A stretch of 64,000 bases of DNA, taken from Gemmatimonadota bacterium. Its GTDB lineage: Bacteria; Gemmatimonadota; Gemmatimonadetes; Longimicrobiales; Gaopeijiaceae. Below the pieces are notes generated by a model that was given only the letters and a program-made list of their open reading frames with translations, searched no databases and was not told the origin of the DNA. The position numbers and the translations under genes were made by a program. Location: the NCBI GenBank assembly GCA_039589315.1, contig JBDHHQ010000013.1:147125-211124 (forward strand), written 5' to 3'. This document shows positions 1 to 8,816 of this stretch, piece by piece; position 1 is the first letter of the stretch, and the number at the start of each line of letters is the position of its first letter.

Positions 1-1
1 C

Positions 2-814
2 CTCGCGGCCGTCCCGGTCGCCACCATGCTGCGGTCGACGGGCGAGGTCCGGTCGCCAGGGCAGGCCGGGGCCGTCGCTCCCGCCAATACGTTGGCGTTC
101 CGTGGTCTGGGAGATTGGAGCGACGGTGCGGCCCCACTGACCCAGATCCCCCATTACCCGTACGACGGCCGCTTCACCTTCGTGCGAATCCGGTACTCGT
201 CGGGCATGCAGCGCGGCTTTGGGCGAGGTCGGGGTCCGCTGTGGGCCCACGACTACCCGGTAGGCGAGATCAACTTCCTGAAGATTCTGACGGAGACCAC
301 CAACCTCGAAGCCGTGATGGAGGGGGGGAACGTCTTCAGCCTGGACGATCCGGAGCTGACCCGGTACCCCATCGCCTACCTGGTCGAGGTGGGCGCCTGG
401 GCACCCAGCCCTGCCGAGGTCGAAGGCCTCAGGAACTTCCTCCTCAAGGGCGGCTTCCTGATCATCGACGATTTCCGGGGCGACTGGGAGCTCTACAACT
501 TCCAGGAGCATATGCGTCGCGTGCTCCCTGGACACCAGATGGCCCAGCTCGACGTCTCGCATCCCATCTTCAACTCGTTCTTCCACATCGAGTCCCTGGA
601 CCTGGCCCCGCCCACCTTCCAGGGCTATCGGCCGGCGTACCTCGGCATTTTCGAGGAGAACGACCCCGAGAAGCGCCTCATGGTCATGATCAACTTCAAC
701 AACGACATCGGAGAGTACTGGGAGTACTCGGACCTGGGTTGGTACCCCATCGACCTCTCCAACGAGGCGTACAAGCTGGGGGTGAACTACATGATCTATG
801 CCTTCACCCATTGA
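2..814 (+). CDS. DUF4159 domain-containing protein (5' end truncated by window)
   Basis: Frame is open from base 2. Motifs FTFVRIRY, WAHDYP, LRNFLLKGGFLIIDDF, HPIFNSFF and AYKLGVNYMIYAFTH are typical of DUF4159; lies upstream of moxR. Confidence 0.8.
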   Translation, partial: LAAVPVATMLRSTGEVRSPGQAGAVAPANTLAFRGLGDWSDGAAPLTQIPHYPYDGRFTFVRIRYSSGMQRGFGRGRGPLWAHDYPVGEINFLKILTETTNLEAVMEGGNVFSLDDPELTRYPIAYLVEVGAWAPSPAEVEGLRNFLLKGGFLIIDDFRGDWELYNFQEHMRRVLPGHQMAQLDVSHPIFNSFFHIESLDLAPPTFQGYRPAYLGIFEENDPEKRLMVMINFNNDIGEYWEYSDLGWYPIDLSNEAYKLGVNYMIYAFTH

Positions 815-958
815 CGCGGGTGTGCGATCAGAATGTGAATTCTACTTATTGCCGTCGGAACCCGGACGAGCCCCGCTTGCGCCGGTAGGAAGCGCGAGAT
901 CGGGGCAGCATGAGCCAACAACTCTGCGTAAGCGGACTCTTCCATAGGAGCGTGAGAC

Positions 959-2026
959 GTGGCGTGGATCGAGGATCCTTCACCGCAGCCGGGGCAGGAC
1001 GGGTCGGACCAGGCCCTCGAGACTCCGGACGACATCGACCTGGCGGACCGGATGAAGGCCGGCCGGGAGCAGATCATCACGGAGCTCCGGAAGCTCATCA
1101 TCGGGCAGGAGGAGGTCATCGAGCAGGTCCTGCTCAGCTTGTTCGTGGGAGGTAACAGTCTCCTGGTGGGCGTACCGGGACTCGCGAAGACCCTGCTCAT
1201 CCATACGATGGCCCGAGTCCTCGACCTGGAATTCTCCCGCATCCAGTTCACGCCGGACCTGATGCCCTCCGACATCACCGGCACGGACATCATCCAGGAG
1301 GACCCCACTACCGGCCGCCGGGAGCTGGTCTTCCAGCAGGGACCGGTGTTCGCGAACATCGTCCTGGCTGACGAGATCAACCGCACGCCGCCGAAGACCC
1401 AGGCTGCCCTCCTGGAGGCGATGCAGGAGCACCGCGTCACCGTCCAGGGCACCACGTACGAGCTCCCGGAGCCCTTCCACGTCTTCGCCACCCAGAATCC
1501 CATCGAGCTCGAGGGCACGTATCCCCTGCCCGAGGCACAGCTCGATCGCTTCATGTTCGAAATCGTCATCGAGCACCTGTCCGAGGAGGAGGAGCTGGAG
1601 GTCGTCCGTACGACCACGGGCATCCTCGACCCCCGGTTCGGGCACGCGGTCACGGGTCCGGACCTGATGGCGTTCCAGCAGCTCGTGCGGCGCGTGCCGG
1701 TCAGCGAGGCCATCCTGCGGTATGCCGTGGCCTTGGCCCGGACCACCCGTCCGGGATCGAACGGCTCGACGCCCGAGTTCGTCGAGAAATGGGTGGCGTA
1801 CGGCGCCAGCGTCCGGGCGGCCCAATACCTGATCCTGGGCGCGAAGGCCCGGGCCCTTACGCGCGGCCGGTATCACGTGAGCTTCGATGACGTCCGGGCC
1901 CTGGCCCATCCGGTCTTGCGTCACCGCATACTGACGAACTTCCACGCCGAGTCGGAAGGCGTGACGACGGGAGACATGGTGGATCAACTCCTCGAAGCCG
2001 TTCCCGTGCCGGCGTCGGGGATGTAG
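959..2026 (+). CDS. moxR: MoxR family AAA+ ATPase
   Basis: Walker A GVPGLAKT, RIQFTPDLMPSDITG, Walker B LADEINRTPPKTQAALLEAMQE, ATQNPIELEGTYPLPEAQLDRF. Confidence 0.95.
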   Translation: MAWIEDPSPQPGQDGSDQALETPDDIDLADRMKAGREQIITELRKLIIGQEEVIEQVLLSLFVGGNSLLVGVPGLAKTLLIHTMARVLDLEFSRIQFTPDLMPSDITGTDIIQEDPTTGRRELVFQQGPVFANIVLADEINRTPPKTQAALLEAMQEHRVTVQGTTYELPEPFHVFATQNPIELEGTYPLPEAQLDRFMFEIVIEHLSEEEELEVVRTTTGILDPRFGHAVTGPDLMAFQQLVRRVPVSEAILRYAVALARTTRPGSNGSTPEFVEKWVAYGASVRAAQYLILGAKARALTRGRYHVSFDDVRALAHPVLRHRILTNFHAESEGVTTGDMVDQLLEAVPVPASGM

Positions 2027-2031
2027 CTCCG

Positions 2032-2952
2032 ATGGTCCCTCGACAGCAGCAGCGCACGCTGGCGCCGGCGTCCCGCTTCCTCGAGCCCGCGATCCTGGCA
2101 CGGATCGACAACCTCGAGCTGCTGGCGCGGACGGTGGTCGACGGGTTTCTCCACGGCCTCCACCAGTCCCCCTACCTCGGGCTGTCCCTGGATTTCGCCG
2201 AGCACCGTGCGTACCAGCCCGGTGACGACATCCGACTCATCGACTGGCGTCTCTTCGCCCGCACGGACCGGCATTTCATCAAGCAATTCGAGGCGGAGAC
2301 CAACGCCAATTTCGTTGTCATTCTAGATATCTCCCGTTCCATGAGCTACGGGAGCCAGGAGATCAGCAAGCTCGACTACGCCAGATATCTGGCGGCTTGT
2401 CTCGCCTACTTCTCGCGCAGCCAGGGAGATCGCGTCGGCATCGTCACCTTCGACAATGAGATTGGTGAATACGTGCCGCCGTCACTCCGCCACCTCGACG
2501 TCCTTCTACACACGCTGGCCCGGGCCCAGGCCGGAGCCCCGGGCAGCCTCGCGCCCCTGCGGCGCATCGGGGAGACCCTGAACCGACGGGGCATCCTGGT
2601 GGTCATCTCGGACCTCTATGAGGAGCCGGAGCGCGTGCTCCGGGCCATGAACGACCTGCGGCACCGGGGCCACGACGTGTTGGTCTTCCACGTGATGGAC
2701 CCGGCGGAACTGACCTTTCCCTTCGACAAGTCTTCGAGCTTCCAGGATCTGGAGACCGGCGAGGAGATCCCCGTCGTTCCGGACAAGCTTCGGGATGAGT
2801 ATCGCTCCCTGATCCGCGGTCACATCGAGGGGCTCGAGCGCATGTTCACGGCCAATCGTATGGACTACGCCCTGCTGGACACCTCCGAGCCCCTCGACCA
2901 CGCGTTGTTCAGATACCTGGCCACGCGGCAGCGGATGAGCAGGACACGCTGA
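2032..2952 (+). CDS. DUF58 domain-containing (vWA-like) protein
   Basis: DFAEHRAYQPGDDIRLIDWRLFAR, MIDAS-like DISRSM, VISDL; directly follows moxR. Confidence 0.92.
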   Translation: MVPRQQQRTLAPASRFLEPAILARIDNLELLARTVVDGFLHGLHQSPYLGLSLDFAEHRAYQPGDDIRLIDWRLFARTDRHFIKQFEAETNANFVVILDISRSMSYGSQEISKLDYARYLAACLAYFSRSQGDRVGIVTFDNEIGEYVPPSLRHLDVLLHTLARAQAGAPGSLAPLRRIGETLNRRGILVVISDLYEEPERVLRAMNDLRHRGHDVLVFHVMDPAELTFPFDKSSSFQDLETGEEIPVVPDKLRDEYRSLIRGHIEGLERMFTANRMDYALLDTSEPLDHALFRYLATRQRMSRTR

Positions 2953-5075
2953 TGGGTCTCCAATTCCTCGTTCCGGCGTTTCTCGTAGGGCTCGCTGTCC
3001 TTGCCGTACCGGTCATCCTCCACCTCACCCGGCGACAGCGCAGCCGCGTGGTCGAGTTCCCGTCGCTCATGTTCCTCGAGCGCATCCCCTACCGCTCCAT
3101 GCGGCGGCGGAAGATCCGGCACTGGCTCCTCCTGCTCGTACGGGCCAGCGCCCTCGTCCTGTTGGTGGCGGCCTTCGCTCGGCCCCTGTTCACGGGCGTC
3201 GACCTGGCGGCAGGGACGGTCCTCGGCCCCAGGGAGGTCGTGATCCTGCTGGACCGCTCGTACAGCATGTCCCACGGCGATCGCTGGGACGCCGCCACCG
3301 CCGCGGCCGCGGACGTGGTGACCGGCCTGCAGCCCATCGACCGAGCCAGCTTGATCTTCTTCGACGAGGGTGCTCAGGCGGCCACGCGGTCCGTCTCCGA
3401 GCCCGGGCGGCTCACCCGGGCCCTGGCCGAGGTCCGGGTGGGCTCCATGGGGACCCGGTACGGGCCTGCGCTCAAGCTGGCCGAGAGCATCCTCGCGGAT
3501 TCGGACCTGCCGAACCAGGAGCTCTTCATCATCTCGGACTTCCAGCGAGCCGGTTGGAGCGGGGAGACCGACGTCCGGCTCCTCGCCAATGTCCGCGTCA
3601 CGCCCGTTCCAGTGGGTGGCGCGGATGGCGATCCGGTCCCCGAGAATGTGACCGTCGCCGACCTGGAGCTACGCCGGGATCTGTTCAGCGGCCGGGAGCG
3701 GGTCACGGCCGCGGCGCGGCTCACCCGGGTGGGCGGCCAGGAACCGCGAGACGTCGAGGTGACGCTGTGGGTGGATGGACGAGTACTCGAGGCGGCCGTG
3801 GCCACGCTCGACCGCGATGGAGCGGCGGGCGTCACCTTCGAGCCGTTCACCTTGCCCGGACCCTTCACCAGGGGCGAGGTGACGATCGAGGCGGACGCGC
3901 TGACGCCCGACGACGCCAGGAGGTTCGCCATCTCGCCCGGACGGGCCCGTTCGGTCCTGGTCGTGCGTGGCCCCTCTGCCGGCGGCCGGAGCACCCTCTA
4001 CCTCGAGCGGGCGCTGGGCATCTCCCGAGGAGCCGGGTACCGGGTGGACGTGCGGGGCTCGGGCGCCCTGACCGCAGATCTGACCCAACGGAGCGTCGTG
4101 GTCCTGTCGGACACACCGCTCAGCGGACCCGCCGCGGACAACCTCCGCGGCTTTCTGGAGGCCGGCGGCGGCGCGCTGGTGGTGCTGGGAGAGTCCAGCC
4201 GGGTCGCCGCGGCGGCGGCGGGGCTGCTGCCCGCCACGGTGGGAGCCCCAGTGGATCGGCTGGAGGCCGGCCGGCTCGGGTACGTGGACTACAGCCACCC
4301 GGTCCTGGAGACCTTCGCGGGGCCCGATGGCGGCGACTTTTCCCGCGCCCGGTTCTATCGATACCGGGCGGTGACGCCGGTGGACAGCGCCCGCGTCCTG
4401 GCCCGCTACGACGACGGCCAGCCCGCCATGATCGAGGGAAAGGTCGGCCAGGGGCGCGTCATCGTCTGGTCGTCGTCCACGGACAACTTCTGGAACGACC
4501 TGGTCCTCCAGCCCCTCTTTCTACCGCTGCTCCATCAGACCGTGGCCTACCTGACCGGGCACGGCCCTGTCCCCGAGGCCTACGTGGCCGGCGACGTGCT
4601 GGATCTCGGGAACCCGGAGGCCCTGGGGCTACGGCCGACCGACGAGCTACCGACGGGCGCGCGCGTCGAGGACGAGCGCGTGGCGCTGACTCCGACCGGG
4701 CAGACGGTGACGATCGAGCCGGGCACCCGGGCGCTGCTGGATCTTCCGGAGCACGGGTTCTACCAGGTTCGTGCCCCTGGCTCCGAGGAGCCCAGGCCCG
4801 TTACCGTGGCGGTGAACGTGGACATCACGGAATCCGACCTGCGGGCCATGGACCCGGAGGAGCTGGTCCTGGCCCTCCAGGCGGCTCCGGTTACGGACGA
4901 CGAGGGGCAGGTGGCTGGTGAGGCGGGTGTCGTGAGGGCTGAGGACCTGGAACGGCGGCAAGGATTCTGGCGCTTCCTTCTGATAGGGGCGTTCGTGCTT
5001 CTCGTTGTAGAGACCGTGATGTCGAACCGCCTTTCCCGGGGAAGGGCGTCAGAGGCGGGAGGTGTCCGTGCGTAG
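2952..5075 (+). CDS. BatA-domain / vWA-domain membrane protein
   Basis: N-terminal BatA motif PVILHL...FPSLMFL...LLLLVR...AFARP, vWA LLDRSYSM, class I GATase-like segment, C-terminal ESDL plus TM helix; TGATG coupling to DUF58. Confidence 0.88.
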   Translation: MGLQFLVPAFLVGLAVLAVPVILHLTRRQRSRVVEFPSLMFLERIPYRSMRRRKIRHWLLLLVRASALVLLVAAFARPLFTGVDLAAGTVLGPREVVILLDRSYSMSHGDRWDAATAAAADVVTGLQPIDRASLIFFDEGAQAATRSVSEPGRLTRALAEVRVGSMGTRYGPALKLAESILADSDLPNQELFIISDFQRAGWSGETDVRLLANVRVTPVPVGGADGDPVPENVTVADLELRRDLFSGRERVTAAARLTRVGGQEPRDVEVTLWVDGRVLEAAVATLDRDGAAGVTFEPFTLPGPFTRGEVTIEADALTPDDARRFAISPGRARSVLVVRGPSAGGRSTLYLERALGISRGAGYRVDVRGSGALTADLTQRSVVVLSDTPLSGPAADNLRGFLEAGGGALVVLGESSRVAAAAAGLLPATVGAPVDRLEAGRLGYVDYSHPVLETFAGPDGGDFSRARFYRYRAVTPVDSARVLARYDDGQPAMIEGKVGQGRVIVWSSSTDNFWNDLVLQPLFLPLLHQTVAYLTGHGPVPEAYVAGDVLDLGNPEALGLRPTDELPTGARVEDERVALTPTGQTVTIEPGTRALLDLPEHGFYQVRAPGSEEPRPVTVAVNVDITESDLRAMDPEELVLALQAAPVTDDEGQVAGEAGVVRAEDLERRQGFWRFLLIGAFVLLVVETVMSNRLSRGRASEAGGVRA

Positions 5076-8000
5076 AATGAACAGGAACGGCCACGCCCAG
5101 GTGCTGCGCGTGATTCGGCAGGTACGCCGGCGCTGGCGTCTGCGGGTCGCGCTGAGAGGCCTCGCGGTCGTGCTGGGGTTGGGGTTCGTGGCATTCGCCG
5201 CCTCGGCCCTGGGCATGGACTTCTTCCGTTTCACGCCCCGAGCCGTGACGGGCTTTCGGGTCCTCGCCTACGTGGCGCTCGTGGCGCTGGCCGTCTGGTT
5301 CCTCGTTCGCCCGCTGCTGCGCCGGGTCACCGACCAGCAGGTCGCCCTCTACCTCGAAGAGCACGAGCCCACGTTGGAGGCGGCCCTCCTGAGCGCCCTC
5401 GAGCTGGGCGACGGAGGGAACGCCGGGCACCCGTCGCCCGAGCTGTTGGGCCGGATGGTCCAACAAGCGGTGGACCGCTGTCGCGCCGTGGAGTACGGCC
5501 GGAGGGTCGAAGCCCACGGGCTTCAGCGGTCCACCGGCGTCCTCGCGGGCCTGGTGGCGCTGGTGGCGCTGGTCGTCGCGTTCGGCCCGGCTCCGCTGCG
5601 GAACGGCGTCTCCGCCCTGCTCTTCCCGGTACGGGACGCCGCGGCGGTGAACCCCTACTCCATCATCGTGCTTCCCGGCGACACCACCGTGGCACGGAAC
5701 TCGGATCAGGCGGTGCTGGCCGAGCTGCACGGCTTCGAGTCGCCGGACGTGGCGCTGGTGACGAGGAGCACGGCCGACAACACCTTCCGGCGGCTGTCCA
5801 TGCTGCCCGCCGACTCGGGGCGGTTCGAGATCCTGCTCCTCGACGTGGCCGACGAGACGGAGTACTACGTGGAGTCCTCCGGCGTCCGCTCGGAGACGTT
5901 CACGATCGAGGTCGCGGACCTGCCCTACGTCGACGAGCTGAAGCTGGTCTACCACTTCCCGGCCTACACCGGTCTGGAGCCGCGAACCGTCGAAAACGGC
6001 GGCGACATCGCCGCTCTGGCCGGCACGCGGGTCGAGCTGCACGCGAAGCCGACGATCTCCACGCCTGCGGGTGTCCTCTGGGTGGACGAGGCGTCCCAGG
6101 AGCTCGAGCGGCAGGAGGACGGCAGCTTCGCCGGTCAGATCGTCGTGCGCCAGGACGGGTACTACCGCATCGAGCTCGCGGGGCCCAACGGGGACCCCGT
6201 GCCGGCGTCGCCCCAGTACACCATCGACGTACTGACCGACCAACCGCCCGCGATCTCCTTCAACACGCCGGGTCGCGACATCCAGGCGAGCCCCATCGAC
6301 GAGGTCCTGGTGGAGGCTCGGGCAGACGACGACTTCGGCGTCGGGTCCCTGGACCTGATCTACTCGGTGAACGGTGAGCCCGAGGATACGGTGAACCTCT
6401 ACCGGAAGAGCGGCGCCGGGCTCGCTGAGGTCGTGGCCACGCACACGTTCTTCCTCGAGGAGTGGGAGCTCGAGCCAGGAGACGTGATCTCGTACTACGC
6501 CACCGTGCGGGACAACAACGGCGGCAACGGCGAGGTGATCACCAGCGACCTCTACTTCATACAGGCTCGTCCCTTCGGGCGGGACTACCGGCAGGCCGAC
6601 CAGGCAGGTGGGCCGCCGCAGGGGGGCGGCGGCGCGGCCCTGGAGGGGGCCCTGTCCGAGCTCCAGCGCCAGGTCATCGCGGCCACCTTCAACCTGATTC
6701 GGGACCGCGAGTCCTACGACGAGGAATCGTTCCGCGAGAACCTCGTGAGCGTCGGCCTGGCCCAGGGCCGCTTGCGCGAGCAGGTCGAAACCCTGGCCCG
6801 GCGCATGGCGAACCGAGGCATCTTCGAGACCGACCCGCGCATGCGGGACATCGGCGAAGCCCTCCCGTTGGCCGCCGAGGCCATGAAGGAGGCCGAGGAC
6901 CGTCTTGAAGAGCAGGCCCCGAAAGAGGCCCTTGGGCCAGAGCAGCGAGCCCTCCAGCTCGTGCTCAAAGCAGAGGAGACGTTCGAGCGAACGGTGGGAG
7001 AGGGCCAACAGGGCGGTGGTGGCGGTGGCGGCGCCCAGGCCGAGGAGCTGGCCGACCTGTTCGAGCTCGAGCTCGACAAGCTGAAGAACCAGTACGAGAC
7101 GGTTCAGCGCGGCCAGCAACAGCAGCAGGACAATCAGCTCGACGAGACGCTGGAGCGGCTGAAGGAGCTGGCCCGCCGCCAGCAGCAGGAGGCGGAGCGC
7201 CAACGCCGGCGGGCTGCCGCGGGCCAGCAGGGTGGAGGCGGCGGGGGTGACAGCCAACGCGCCCTGGCGGACGAGACGGAGGAAGCGGCGCGCCAACTGG
7301 AGCGCTTGGCCCGGGAGACCCAGTCCCAGGACCTCATGGACGCGTCCCGAAGGCTCCAGGAGGCGGCCGACGCCATGCGCCGGTCGGCCGGGTCCCAGGG
7401 CAACGCCTCCACCGCCGAGGCCACCTCGGCCCTGGACCGGCTGGAGGACGCCCAAAGGAGGCTCGAGGAGCAGCGCGACGCCCGGCTCCGGCGAGACGTT
7501 GCGGACGCCCGGCAGCGAGCCGAGGAGCTCGCCCGAGAGCAGGAACGGATGCGAGAGGACGTGGCGGACCTTCAGAGGGGCGGCTTCGGCGGCGTCCAGC
7601 AGCTCGAGCGCCTGATGGAGCGAAAGGACGCCATGTTCGAGGAGGTGGCGGATCTGGAGAGGCAGCTCGACCGAGCCGCCGCCGAGGCGCTCCGGGAAGA
7701 TCAGCGGGAGGCGGCCGGCAAGATCCAGGAGGCGGCCGGCGGAATCCGCGACGACAAGCTGAAGGAGAAGATCCGGTTCTCCAAGGGCGTCGCCCAAGAG
7801 CGGGACGCCACCTATGCCGATGCCTTCGAGGAGCAGATCGCGCGGGACATCGAGCGTCTGGGTCAGCGTCTCGAAGACGCGGAGGGGGCCATCGGCTCGG
7901 GACCCCGGGACCGCATGGCCGAGGCCCTGGACCGGACCCGCGAGCTGGTCCGGGGAATGGAGTCCATGGAGGAACGGCTCCGTCAGGGCGCGGGACAGCA

Positions 8001-8685
8001 GGGCGAGGAGCGTGGCCAGGCGGGACAGGATGGCCAACAGCCGGACGGGCAGCCGGGGGAAGGCCAACAGGGCCAAGGCCAACCAGGCGAAGGCCAACAG
8101 GGTGAGCGCCAGCAGGGCGAGGGCCAACAGGGCGGCGAGCAGGCCGGCGGCCAGCGGCGCCTGGAAGGCAGCGACCAGGCTGGCGGACGCCAAGGACGGG
8201 GCGGACAGCAGGCTCAGGGACAGCCCACGGGCGATCCCTCGGGCGGTCAGCCCGATCAGACCGGCGGGCGCCCCGACGGCGGCGGCCCCCCGCCGCCGGG
8301 CGGTGGGTTTGGCGGTGACCGGCGAGCGGAGCTCTCACCCGATCAGGTCCGACAGTTCCGACGGGAAGCGGGCCGAAGGGAACAGGAGGCCCGGGAGCTC
8401 CGCAACCTGCTGCAGGAAGAGGGCCGAGAGGTCCAGGACCTCGATGACGTGATCGACTCCCTGGAGGCATTGCAACGGACGCGTGTGTACGGCGATCCCG
8501 TGGAGCTGGCCCGCCTCCAGGACGAAGTGATCGAGGGTCTGCGCCGCTTCGAGTTCGCGCTGCGCCGTGAGCTGACCGTTGACGGCGACCGGGTATTCCT
8601 CGGCGGGTCGGACGAAGTGCCCCCCGCCTATCGCGACCTCGTGGAGGAGTACTACCGGGCGCTGTCCCGGGATCCGGGCCGGTAG
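5062..8685 (+). CDS. DUF4175-like membrane protein with Ig-like domains and long Q/G-rich coiled-coil C-terminus
   Basis: Three N-terminal TM helices, PAYTGL, DQPP and ADDDFGV motifs, coiled coil, terminal VPPAYRDLVEEYYRAL; last gene of the moxR operon (alternative start 5077). Confidence 0.75.
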   Translation: MSVRRMNRNGHAQVLRVIRQVRRRWRLRVALRGLAVVLGLGFVAFAASALGMDFFRFTPRAVTGFRVLAYVALVALAVWFLVRPLLRRVTDQQVALYLEEHEPTLEAALLSALELGDGGNAGHPSPELLGRMVQQAVDRCRAVEYGRRVEAHGLQRSTGVLAGLVALVALVVAFGPAPLRNGVSALLFPVRDAAAVNPYSIIVLPGDTTVARNSDQAVLAELHGFESPDVALVTRSTADNTFRRLSMLPADSGRFEILLLDVADETEYYVESSGVRSETFTIEVADLPYVDELKLVYHFPAYTGLEPRTVENGGDIAALAGTRVELHAKPTISTPAGVLWVDEASQELERQEDGSFAGQIVVRQDGYYRIELAGPNGDPVPASPQYTIDVLTDQPPAISFNTPGRDIQASPIDEVLVEARADDDFGVGSLDLIYSVNGEPEDTVNLYRKSGAGLAEVVATHTFFLEEWELEPGDVISYYATVRDNNGGNGEVITSDLYFIQARPFGRDYRQADQAGGPPQGGGGAALEGALSELQRQVIAATFNLIRDRESYDEESFRENLVSVGLAQGRLREQVETLARRMANRGIFETDPRMRDIGEALPLAAEAMKEAEDRLEEQAPKEALGPEQRALQLVLKAEETFERTVGEGQQGGGGGGGAQAEELADLFELELDKLKNQYETVQRGQQQQQDNQLDETLERLKELARRQQQEAERQRRRAAAGQQGGGGGGDSQRALADETEEAARQLERLARETQSQDLMDASRRLQEAADAMRRSAGSQGNASTAEATSALDRLEDAQRRLEEQRDARLRRDVADARQRAEELAREQERMREDVADLQRGGFGGVQQLERLMERKDAMFEEVADLERQLDRAAAEALREDQREAAGKIQEAAGGIRDDKLKEKIRFSKGVAQERDATYADAFEEQIARDIERLGQRLEDAEGAIGSGPRDRMAEALDRTRELVRGMESMEERLRQGAGQQGEERGQAGQDGQQPDGQPGEGQQGQGQPGEGQQGERQQGEGQQGGEQAGGQRRLEGSDQAGGRQGRGGQQAQGQPTGDPSGGQPDQTGGRPDGGGPPPPGGGFGGDRRAELSPDQVRQFRREAGRREQEARELRNLLQEEGREVQDLDDVIDSLEALQRTRVYGDPVELARLQDEVIEGLRRFEFALRRELTVDGDRVFLGGSDEVPPAYRDLVEEYYRALSRDPGR
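8041..8145 (+). repeat. Low-complexity coding repeat, (GEGQQ/GQGQP)n with ~15-nt period
   Basis: ggcgaaggccaacag-like units recur in QPGEGQQGQGQPGEGQQGERQQGEGQQG. Confidence 0.7.
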
Positions 8686-8816
8686 CCGCGCCGGCGCCAT
8701 CGCGCCGCGGGGGCCGGCCCGGCCCAAGGGCTGATCAGGCTTAGCTTTCGGCCTGTTCCGGCCGACGACCAGGGAGGAGGGTTTCCCGACCATCACTCCG
8801 TCCTGGTCCGTTCTCC

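Noticed and set aside
4891..8193. 1100-aa minus-strand ORF, and similar long antisense ORFs (8877-10511, 30825-32477, 34297-36039, 44856-46589)
   Set aside because: Shadow ORFs antisense to well-supported genes; expected from high-GC codon bias; no recognisable motifs
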